Positions 8,253 to 16,015 of a stretch of 20,795 nt of DNA are shown piece by piece (the first letter of the stretch is position 1; each line of letters opens with the position of its first letter). The stretch covers positions 1 to 20,795 of the forward strand of contig JASLKH010000067.1 of assembly GCA_030747675.1 (NCBI GenBank). Direction: 5' to 3'. The notes under the pieces are model-generated. The model was not told the DNA's origin. It saw nothing but the letters and a program-made list of their open reading frames with translations, and did not search any database. The position numbers and the translations under genes were made by a program. Source of the stretch: Candidatus Thalassarchaeaceae archaeon. GTDB taxonomy: Archaea > Thermoplasmatota > Poseidoniia > Poseidoniales > Thalassarchaeaceae.

Positions 8253-8306
8253 TAAACCACCCCAGATGTTGCTAGTTCAAATCGGTTCCCATCAGTAAAC
8301 AAGGAA

Positions 8307-9476
8307 TCAAACACCCACTTCACTGACCCGAGGGACCAACACTACAAACTCTACTACCAATTCCCAGTCATTACCACCATCTGGATCTATTTCATCGATA
8401 AGGAAATCTGGATCTGCTTGTTCGGCTTCAATAATCCACGTCCATTCGCCTTGACCAAATCGCATTCCCGATTGATTGACTAGCATTTCCATCAATTGCT
8501 CTAATGAATCTGCAGAGAGATTATTCTGGCTTTCTGAAGAAGGATTGATTTCTTCGCGGCTAATCGATGCTGTAGAATTCTTTGTGATGTTTTCTTGTTC
8601 AGTGCGTGCTGTACTGCTCCAGCCATCGTCTCGTACATTTACTGTGAGTGTGAAATTATCTTGAGGTAGCATTGTGGGAAGAATATCCATCGCCAATGTT
8701 AAAGTTGCATTGACAGATAAAATTCTACCTGCTTCACCAGGTATGTGGGTTACACTATACGATTCACCTTGTTGAAGATAATCGCCCCATTCGGCCTCTA
8801 CAATAATTTCTTGCCATATCACCTGATACGTACGAGGAAGTACTTCTAGTGACCAATCTTTGGTGATACTTGCTCCTCTTTCATCTGTAACTGTAACTGA
8901 CCCTGAATAATTGCCACTAGAATTGAATACAAATTCAACTAAAGGTTCTGATGAAGCGGATTCATCAATCGATATCCAATTAAATATCCAAGAAAATGTG
9001 AGGTCTTCGCCTTCAAAGTCAAAGGATGAGGAGGCGTCAATCACAGCAGAATTCCCAGTACGTATTTTGGCAGGCATCGATATGCTAATTTCGGGATACC
9101 CATTTACAAATAACATCGCAGTATCACTATCTTCTCCACCTTCATCATTGGTTGCTATGACTCGAATTTCGTACAGTCCTGGTTGTTCAAATACATGGCT
9201 TGTATACCCCTGAAGCGAATCCATGGATGTACCATCTCCAAAATCCCATGTGTAGCCAGTAATGATAGTACCATCCGGACTAGAAGATTCACGTGCATCA
9301 AAATTTACCGAATCTCCGGCATTAATTTCTTCCCTGTCCGCAGAAAGTCGTGCTGTAGGTTCTATGGGGCCACCAAGCCCTGTACATCCTGCAAATATTG
9401 ATGCAAAAAGACAAAAAATTGTGAGAGAAAAAATTGGGCGCAAACCGGCATTATTGGAAATGCGTTGGTTCGCCAT
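8307..9476 (-). CDS. PKD-domain lipoprotein
   Basis: Lipobox-like IFCLFASIFAG/C after a basic N-terminus. PKD signature YTWDFGDG...HVFEQPGLYEIRV, followed by a second PKD-like repeat. ATG at 9476 preferred over the ORF-track start at 9569. Confidence 0.85.
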   Translation of the reverse strand: MANQRISNNAGLRPIFSLTIFCLFASIFAGCTGLGGPIEPTARLSADREEINAGDSVNFDARESSSPDGTIITGYTWDFGDGTSMDSLQGYTSHVFEQPGLYEIRVIATNDEGGEDSDTAMLFVNGYPEISISMPAKIRTGNSAVIDASSSFDFEGEDLTFSWIFNWISIDESASSEPLVEFVFNSSGNYSGSVTVTDERGASITKDWSLEVLPRTYQVIWQEIIVEAEWGDYLQQGESYSVTHIPGEAGRILSVNATLTLAMDILPTMLPQDNFTLTVNVRDDGWSSTARTEQENITKNSTASISREEINPSSESQNNLSADSLEQLMEMLVNQSGMRFGQGEWTWIIEAEQADPDFLIDEIDPDGGNDWELVVEFVVLVPRVSEVGV

Positions 9477-9583
9477 GCCAAGCCCTGTACATTGAAACTT
9501 TAGAAGATTGACGTATCGCTGACTCATTAATTGCACTCGTTTCACCCCTTTGGAATGATGCGAAGGCACTTCGATGGGCGCAA

Positions 9584-9591
9584 GTTCAAAC
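9584..9591 (+). promoter_or_regulatory. Putative non-canonical TATA element GTTCAAAC for the exonuclease gene
   Basis: 23 nt before the ATG at 9615. The same octamer at the same spacing precedes the gene starting at 20755. Confidence 0.5.
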
Positions 9592-9614
9592 GATGTCGTT
9601 GCCCAAGGGATACC

Positions 9615-10436
9615 ATGGCGAGTGACCCCTTAGCTGGACATCGAGTCCTTGGATTCGATTTAGAGACTACTGGGCTTAACTCTAAACAACACCGTATTGT
9701 TCAATTCGCCCTAATCGGATGTGATTCAAACGGGGAAGAAATACACATAGAAGATCTAGTTAATCCACAAAGAAAAATACCTCCAGAGGTAACCAATATT
9801 CATGGGATTTCAGATTTTGATGTCCGAAATAGTCCGTCATTCAAATTCTATGCTGAACAGATTTATTCAGCAATAAGCGGTTCAGTCTTAATTGGTCATA
9901 ATATTGAACAATTTGATTGGCCTTTTCTCAAATCTGAATTCTTACGTGTTGGAATGTTAATGCCCGAACCACTCGTTATCATTGACACATTGAAGATTGC
10001 GCGGAAATTAAAATTGCCTCCTAGGCACCAATTAGCTTCATTGTGTAGACAATTCAATATTTCATTGGAAAATGCACACACTGCTGGTGCTGATGCCGCT
10101 GCAACTCTATTGCTTCTACACAAAATGATGGCCGCCCATCCACAACACTTCAGAAGACCTGTTGAAGATATACCAAATTGGACAAATAGTCGTGATTCAG
10201 ATGGCGAAAATACCGATAGATTAGGCCCCAGCATCGAAGACTTACCAATTGTAGATGGAAGCAATGGTTGGATGAGGGAGGCCTCCGATGGAGTTATCAT
10301 TTCAAGAGGGAGAAATCGGGGGCGTACACTTTCAGAAATACGAATCAGTGACCCATCCTATCTCAATTGGTTACTGTCTCCAGCTGGTCCATTAGAAAAG
10401 GAAGCGCTCGATGCAGTGAAAGCCTCAGAACACTAA
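9615..10436 (+). CDS. DEDDh 3'-5' exonuclease (DnaQ/ExoX-like) with a small C-terminal domain
   Basis: ExoI FDLETTG, ExoII GHNIEQFD, ExoIII HTAGADAAAT. C-terminal ISRGRNRGRTLSEI...DPSYLNWL resembles the FGKHKG...Y..W module of bacterial ExoX/DUF3820-like proteins. ATG at 9615 preferred. Confidence 0.9.
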   Translation: MASDPLAGHRVLGFDLETTGLNSKQHRIVQFALIGCDSNGEEIHIEDLVNPQRKIPPEVTNIHGISDFDVRNSPSFKFYAEQIYSAISGSVLIGHNIEQFDWPFLKSEFLRVGMLMPEPLVIIDTLKIARKLKLPPRHQLASLCRQFNISLENAHTAGADAAATLLLLHKMMAAHPQHFRRPVEDIPNWTNSRDSDGENTDRLGPSIEDLPIVDGSNGWMREASDGVIISRGRNRGRTLSEIRISDPSYLNWLLSPAGPLEKEALDAVKASEH

Positions 10437-11269
10437 GAACGTTCCATCGTTGCTTGAATCGTATATGGTAAAACACCAATACTTGCAACCAACGACCCTG
10501 CAAGGCCAAGTAAATACAGAATGGAGCCTGTGTTGATATTATCTGAATCCATTGCTGGAATTGAAAGGTCCGGGACTCCCTCTGCAAGTAAAAATAATCC
10601 AATAATTTCAATTGACCAGACAAGGACAAACGTAAGCAACATCTCCATGAAAAGAGTACATGATAACTTGAATGTACCAGACCAACCCAATAGTGGTACA
10701 TCTTGACCATCGGAAAGTAATGACCGGTTGTGAAGAGATTGATTGACTGCATGAACTAATATTTGGATTAACGAAATTGTACTCAAACATAATGCAAGAA
10801 TAAACAAGATTAGATTGATGAGTAAACCTGTTGATCCTTCAACGGAATTTTGTGCTGAATTACCTCCTAAAATTAGACAAAGAGAAAGAAAAATCAAAGG
10901 GGTGGCAAACATTAGAGACTGGATACCCAAATTCAATATCTTGTAGCCTTCAAAAAGAGAAGAGATACTGAAATTTTCAGACCTTTCTTGCCAACCTTTC
11001 TCAATTGTCTTTCTTTTAGCAGCAGATTTGCTGTGATATTGTTTGTCAAAGTACCTTTCCCACTGTTCACCTTCTGTTTGATCAGCATGATGCATTTGTG
11101 GCCTCTTTACAGTAAATCCACTGAATCCACCATCATTTCCGTCTTGCTGGTCACCATCAGAATCAACAACATCTCCATACCACTCCTCTTCTTCCTGTTC
11201 TCTAGGTGAGTGCTCTCTTGAGGAAGGTGGGGGACCGCGGCGGCGGGTGCCTACATCGTCCCGAGACAT
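10433..11269 (-). CDS. Membrane protein (about 4 TM helices) with a long charged N-terminal region
   Basis: 278 aa: about 95 hydrophilic residues, then four hydrophobic segments. TTGAAG box 23 nt upstream. Stop overlaps the exonuclease stop by 4 bp. Confidence 0.75.
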   Translation of the reverse strand: MSRDDVGTRRRGPPPSSREHSPREQEEEEWYGDVVDSDGDQQDGNDGGFSGFTVKRPQMHHADQTEGEQWERYFDKQYHSKSAAKRKTIEKGWQERSENFSISSLFEGYKILNLGIQSLMFATPLIFLSLCLILGGNSAQNSVEGSTGLLINLILFILALCLSTISLIQILVHAVNQSLHNRSLLSDGQDVPLLGWSGTFKLSCTLFMEMLLTFVLVWSIEIIGLFLLAEGVPDLSIPAMDSDNINTGSILYLLGLAGSLVASIGVLPYTIQATMERS

Positions 11270-11319
11270 GGACCTCGATTGGGTACTAGATTCTTCAATC
11301 CGCCGCTTGTTTTACTACT

Positions 11320-12492
11320 CTAATCACGTTTTATGCCCTGAAGTAATGGTGACCAGGGTAAAACATCACACCAATCTCCTAACTTCCAAGTTTCACCATC
11401 TAATCGGACACCACCGAGGAATACTGGGCCTTCATGTCCCTCCTCAATCAAAGATTTGAGGCGCTCTAGTGCCTGTCCTGCAAAAACTGCACCCGCTCTT
11501 TGACCTGTCCTAGCAAGGTTTCCATCCTCATCAAGAGGGGCCATTCTTTCAACCAAACAAATACCATTCTCAATTTCGACTTTCTCCAATACTGCTATCA
11601 TATCTCGAAAGATTCCCGATGGTTTCAATTCTCCTTGTGCTTGTGCCCAAACCCAAGCCGGGCACCATGCCTTCCATTCACAAAATCCGCATGCTTCTGA
11701 GCCTGGTTTGGCTTCCATTGGGGTGTCCGTTATTTTGCTAGCCTCCCATGCCTCAAATGCTTCAGGTAATACACTCGGGCCTTCGGCTTGGAATACAACT
11801 GATCCATTTGAATACCAACCTTCTGCCTTAACTGGTGGGTGATCTGGGTTATTCTCACAAAGAATATCGCGATAAAATCTCAGTTGGCGACTGACGGTGT
11901 CATAGAGTTCTCCGGATGGTGGTTTCCCTGTCTTCAAATCTGCAACTATCCAACCCACAATATTTCCGTCCTCATCTATATCAGAAACGAGCAAGTCGAG
12001 GCGTCCCATTAAGCGACCACAAGTTGTTCTAAGAGTCCCTTCTGCAGCAAGAACCATTTTCTGTATATCTCGCCACATTGCAACACTTACTTCAGAAAGG
12101 GCAATCTGGCCTGTACGAGCTTTGGCAAATAAAATATTCAATGAACCAATCAACAATTTTCTAGCCCGGGGATATTCTTCCTGTTTCCACCTGGGGTGTC
12201 TTGGAGTTGACAAAAACGTTTTCTTTTCTGCCTGCCATTGTTGTTCTAAAATTGCATTAGCAGTTGGAGGAAGCCATCCCTTCTCATCTCCATCTCGGCC
12301 ATCAAGATCCAAGTTGCATAAGTCTTCGACAGAGTTGTGCACTGCAGTACCAATTGCACTTGCCATTCCTGCCTTCCGTGGCAACCTCTGGCGTGAAAGC
12401 CAAAACTTTCTAGGACAAGATGAGAAATTATTCCATGAACTAGGTGAAAGTTGGTGGCCTCGTTCCTTGTAGGACCACTCCTTCATCGCCAT
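11320..12492 (-). CDS. PD-(D/E)XK RecB/Cas4/AddB-like nuclease with probable 4Fe-4S cluster and an extra C-terminal domain
   Basis: LSPSSW...CPRKFWL, GTAVH, GRLDLL, DLKTG, QLRFY and CGFCEWKAWCP give a 1+3 Cys pattern. Start uncertain: 12492 has SD GGTGA 7 nt upstream; 12537 and 12546 are also possible. Confidence 0.87.
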   Translation of the reverse strand: MAMKEWSYKERGHQLSPSSWNNFSSCPRKFWLSRQRLPRKAGMASAIGTAVHNSVEDLCNLDLDGRDGDEKGWLPPTANAILEQQWQAEKKTFLSTPRHPRWKQEEYPRARKLLIGSLNILFAKARTGQIALSEVSVAMWRDIQKMVLAAEGTLRTTCGRLMGRLDLLVSDIDEDGNIVGWIVADLKTGKPPSGELYDTVSRQLRFYRDILCENNPDHPPVKAEGWYSNGSVVFQAEGPSVLPEAFEAWEASKITDTPMEAKPGSEACGFCEWKAWCPAWVWAQAQGELKPSGIFRDMIAVLEKVEIENGICLVERMAPLDEDGNLARTGQRAGAVFAGQALERLKSLIEEGHEGPVFLGGVRLDGETWKLGDWCDVLPWSPLLQGIKRD

Positions 12493-12565
12493 TGCATCAT
12501 CACCCGCCGCTACATCGGGACGTGGCGGCCCAAGCATTAACACCATCGTCGTGTGAGGAAGGGGC

Positions 12566-13366
12566 ATGGAAGAACTACCGCGCGTCAAGGTCTCAGATTC
12601 TATCGATACAGAAGGAGCATTAGTTGTATCCTGCTTTCCTAGTGTTAGTCACGTCAGCAGTATTGTCGCCCACTACCTAATTGAACGGCTTGAACTAAAA
12701 TTTGTAGGGGGTGTGCTTCACCCTCGTCTGCCACCTGTAGCATTGGTCCATGAAGGCAAACCAATGCCACCCGTTCGAATGTATGCTGGGAAGCCAATAT
12801 GTAATATGGAGCGATGCAATAATGTCGTTGTTCTTGTTTCTGAAGCACCTGTTCCTCCTCGATTATGCTTACCATTGGCTGAATCTTTGTTGGAATATAG
12901 TCACCAAAATGGATTCCAAGCAGGTGTCTTGATTGATGCATTTAGCCATCAACAAGAAAGTGGTCACGAAGTGATAGATACTGATGATTCAGATGAAACA
13001 CTTCTTGGGATTGGAGCTACAGATTGGGCTATTGAACAACTAAATGGAATGGAAATTCCACTTTTGGAAGCTGGAATGATTGCGGGGATGAGTGGTGTTC
13101 TACTCGGTGAAGGTCGAAGAAGAAAATTGGATATGCTGTGTATTATGGCTGAAGCAGCGGGTGGTATCCCTGATGCAAGAGCCGCTGCTCGAGTTATTGA
13201 GAAATTGAATCAATTGCTCCCTGCAATCACCCTAGATACTGAACCATTAATTGAGGAGGCTGAACGAATTGAAACTCAAATCAAAGCAATGATTGCGCAT
13301 CAATTAGGTTCGCAGGGTACTTCTGATGAAGATGGTGATGGTCCAAATGCAATGCTTTACGGTTGA
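12566..13366 (+). CDS. PAC2-family protein (proteasome assembly chaperone/PbaB-like), paralogue 2, with HbYX tail
   Basis: FPSVSHVSSIVAHYLI, PPVRMY, GMIAGMSGVLL and PDARAAA motifs. Ends NAMLYG*. TTAACA box 23 nt upstream. Confidence 0.88.
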   Translation: MEELPRVKVSDSIDTEGALVVSCFPSVSHVSSIVAHYLIERLELKFVGGVLHPRLPPVALVHEGKPMPPVRMYAGKPICNMERCNNVVVLVSEAPVPPRLCLPLAESLLEYSHQNGFQAGVLIDAFSHQQESGHEVIDTDDSDETLLGIGATDWAIEQLNGMEIPLLEAGMIAGMSGVLLGEGRRRKLDMLCIMAEAAGGIPDARAAARVIEKLNQLLPAITLDTEPLIEEAERIETQIKAMIAHQLGSQGTSDEDGDGPNAMLYG

Positions 13367-15408
13367 AGCATTTCTTCCCACTCTTTTTCATTTAGAACTG
13401 TGACGCCCAGCCGTCTTGCTTTATCCAATTTAGATCCCGCATTTTCTCCAGCAACTAAGTAATCTAACTTTCCAGATACTGCAGAAACAACCTTCCCTCC
13501 TGCCATCTTTGTTTTCAGTGCTATTTCCTTTCTAGGGCGGGTAAGGGTGCCAGTAATACAAAATGAAAACCCAACAAGGGGGCCCGAAGGCGCTTTGGTT
13601 TTTGCTACCTCAGTGATGGTCAAGATTTGATTGAAATCTTCAACCATTTCGGAACGATAAGCAATACCTTTCATCAAGGAATATGCAACTGTATCACCGA
13701 CGCCTTCGATTGCGACCAAACGCTCAAGGTCATCCTCTCCCAAACTAATGAGTGCGTCTATCGTGCATATTTCTCCTGCAAATGCAGTAGCCAACTCAGG
13801 TCCAATGCCAGGGAGGCCTAGTGCTGAAAGGAATATGTTCAGGGGCAGTTCTCGAGTCCCGTCCAACTGTTTCATAACATTGGTAGCAGATTTCTCTGCC
13901 ATGCGCTCCAATCCCTGTATTTGTTCTGAGTTTAATCGATAAAGGTCAGGAATTGTTTTGACGAGGTCGGCCTCGCACAATTGGTCAACCAACTTCTCGC
14001 CAATTCCATCCATCTCAAGAGCGCGACACCAGTACAGAATTGATCGAGCCAGTCTGGCTGGACAAGAAAGATTTGAACATCGTAAGAAAGCGCCATCTAG
14101 AGACAATTCTGTGCTGCATTCAGGACATTCAGTTGGAATTTTTGGGGGAGAGGAGGGGGGTAATTTCCCTGTAAATTCTTCGCCATTTGCATGAAACCTA
14201 TCTTTGATATCATTAGGTTGGGCGGGACCCATTGTTTCAATTATTTTGGGAATCACATCCCCTCTACGAACAACTCGGACCTTGTCGCCAATCGATATAC
14301 CCAACCTCTCAACTTCACCAACATTGTGCAAAGTAGTATTCTCAACGGTGACGCCACTAACAACCACTGGGGCGACTCTCGCCACAGGAGTTACTGCACC
14401 GGTACGTCCGGTTTGCCAATCGATATCAAGTAACACTGATGTTGCTTCTTCAGGTGGAAATTTCCACGCCAATGCCCATCGTGGATGATGTGCAGTTTCT
14501 CCAAGCAACTCACGCTTAGCCAAATTATCAAGCTTGAACACGACCCCGTCAATTTCCCATGGTGCTTTATTTCGGTTTTCCGTCCATCGCTTTGTTTCGT
14601 CCAGTAGTGCCTGAGTTGTATCATCATCATTAGTTCCCACAATTACAACTTCTTCCGCCGGTGTAATTCCAATACTTCGTAACCAAGCAATGGATTCACT
14701 ATCATTCTCAAAATGCAATGCTTCGGGACTATCTGGATGCTTATCCTCATTGGGTACAAAGCGTACATCATAGGCATGGAAGGTGAGATCCGATGCATCT
14801 CCTTTGCCAGATTCGATATTCTTCTGTCGGAGACTTCCTGCTGCTAAGTTTCGAGGATTGGGGGCGATTTTCGAGTATTTTTCAAAGAACACATCGAGGT
14901 GCATCACTACTTCTCCTCGAACATGGCAGTCTCCTTCCCATGATAATTTATCAGGGATGTTTGGAATTCGCAGGGCATTAGACGTGACATCTTCTCCACG
15001 TTCACCACTACCGCGTGTTGCGGCACGAGTCAATCTTCCTCGTCTATATTCCAAACTCAATGCACTGCCATCTAGTTTTGGTTGAGCAACAAAACGGCGC
15101 CCGCGTGCTGTCGTCTCTGCCACGAAATGTGCAACTTCATCATCGCCTGTTGCCTTGTCAAGACTTCTCATCGGAAACCGATGTTCTACCTTTACAGAAC
15201 CTGGTGCAATGGGTGCTCCAATCCGGCGAAGTTGAGGGTGTTCTGGATCTAATGATTTGAGTTCATCCCATAATACATCGAACTCGGCATCGCTAATCTC
15301 TGGTGCAGCCGCATTGTAGTAAAGATGCGAATGATGAGCGATTTGCTCCGCTAGAGATGTGATTCGCGCCGTTGTAGCGTCGTCCGGTCCAAATTTTATC
15401 CAGCCCAC
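13357..15408 (-). CDS. ligA: NAD+-dependent DNA ligase
   Basis: Domain Ia LYYN...ISDAEFD, motif I KLDG, VRGEV, NPRNLAAGSLRQ, DGVVFK, PRWALAWKF, TGRTG, RRGDVIPKI, Zn finger CPEC...C...C, HhH repeats and BRCT (FCITGTL...AGSKL). GTG start. Confidence 0.97.
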   Translation of the reverse strand: MGWIKFGPDDATTARITSLAEQIAHHSHLYYNAAAPEISDAEFDVLWDELKSLDPEHPQLRRIGAPIAPGSVKVEHRFPMRSLDKATGDDEVAHFVAETTARGRRFVAQPKLDGSALSLEYRRGRLTRAATRGSGERGEDVTSNALRIPNIPDKLSWEGDCHVRGEVVMHLDVFFEKYSKIAPNPRNLAAGSLRQKNIESGKGDASDLTFHAYDVRFVPNEDKHPDSPEALHFENDSESIAWLRSIGITPAEEVVIVGTNDDDTTQALLDETKRWTENRNKAPWEIDGVVFKLDNLAKRELLGETAHHPRWALAWKFPPEEATSVLLDIDWQTGRTGAVTPVARVAPVVVSGVTVENTTLHNVGEVERLGISIGDKVRVVRRGDVIPKIIETMGPAQPNDIKDRFHANGEEFTGKLPPSSPPKIPTECPECSTELSLDGAFLRCSNLSCPARLARSILYWCRALEMDGIGEKLVDQLCEADLVKTIPDLYRLNSEQIQGLERMAEKSATNVMKQLDGTRELPLNIFLSALGLPGIGPELATAFAGEICTIDALISLGEDDLERLVAIEGVGDTVAYSLMKGIAYRSEMVEDFNQILTITEVAKTKAPSGPLVGFSFCITGTLTRPRKEIALKTKMAGGKVVSAVSGKLDYLVAGENAGSKLDKARRLGVTVLNEKEWEEMLQP

Positions 15409-15428
15409 GTCCCCTTAAGGGGACGTGG
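15405..15428. repeat. Perfect 24-bp palindrome CCACGTCCCCTTAAGGGGACGTGG overlapping the ligA start codon
   Basis: The sequence equals its own reverse complement, centred on TT|AA at 15416/15417. Confidence 0.95.
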
Positions 15429-15436
15429 ATATTAAT
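15429..15436 (-). promoter_or_regulatory. Putative TATA box (ATTAATAT) for ligA
   Basis: TTAATA ends 21 nt before the GTG at 15408 and abuts the palindrome. Confidence 0.5.
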
Positions 15437-15452
15437 GAATGATTGGGATTAT

Positions 15453-16013
15453 TTATTCTTCTTCGGAAAGTAATTCAACAAGTGTTTCCCACTCACTTAC
15501 CATGATTGCATCGATTCTGAGAGCTGCTGCTGCAATATCTTTATCCGAGCCCCCGAGTGGTAAAGGGGCTAGTCTCCACCATCCTTTACGTTGCAAAATG
15601 ATGCTGCTTCCACCACGCCAACCCGACCACCACAATCGCGTCCATTCAATTCTAAAACCATCAACCCACAAGGCGTCCTTTGTAATTGCATATCGCTTGG
15701 GAATAATCAAACTAATAGCATGTAAAGCAAGCAATATATCGAAAGCAATTACCCATGCAATATGTGTATCACTTTTTTCAGCCAAAAGCCATGGGACTAC
15801 CATCATCACAATTACTGTGCCAACCATTACGAAATTGCGTACTACCTCTTGACCTAACTGACTCTTCCATGCCATTGCTCCATTTTCAAAACGACCAAAT
15901 TTAGGGATGTCTCTATGTGCTTGAATTAATTTCCACCCATCTCCTAAGACAATAATCGAAGTCATTCCGATCACAATTAATGCTGCAATACCAGTGTCAG
16001 GCATTCCTGACAT
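15453..16013 (-). CDS. Membrane protein (3-4 TM helices) with a C-terminal soluble, possibly bacterial-PH-like, domain
   Basis: 186 aa with hydrophobic helices, then YAITKDALWVDGFRIEW (beta-rich). Starts 2 nt after the upstream stop, suggesting translational coupling. Confidence 0.72.
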   Translation of the reverse strand: MSGMPDTGIAALIVIGMTSIIVLGDGWKLIQAHRDIPKFGRFENGAMAWKSQLGQEVVRNFVMVGTVIVMMVVPWLLAEKSDTHIAWVIAFDILLALHAISLIIPKRYAITKDALWVDGFRIEWTRLWWSGWRGGSSIILQRKGWWRLAPLPLGGSDKDIAAAALRIDAIMVSEWETLVELLSEEE

Positions 16014-16015
16014 GA

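Noticed and set aside
9477-9614. N-terminal extensions of the PKD (9569) and exonuclease (9531) ORFs, giving an apparent overlap
   Set aside because: Internal ATGs at 9476 and 9615 give a proper signal peptide and domain start and leave a normal divergent promoter region.
9598-9614. CCCAAGGGA upstream of the exonuclease as another copy of the ligA palindrome core
   Set aside because: The match is short and gapped. It can be explained as a purine-rich SD-like sequence.
11320-12492. Cas4-like gene as evidence of a CRISPR-Cas system
   Set aside because: No repeat-spacer array and no cas1, cas2 or effector genes in the window. Solo Cas4/AddB-like nucleases are common.
13627-15260. Numerous + strand ORFs of 60-100 aa opposite ligA, and similar ones opposite both giant genes
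   Set aside because: Antisense shadows with no motifs, promoters or SD signals, lying opposite strongly supported genes.
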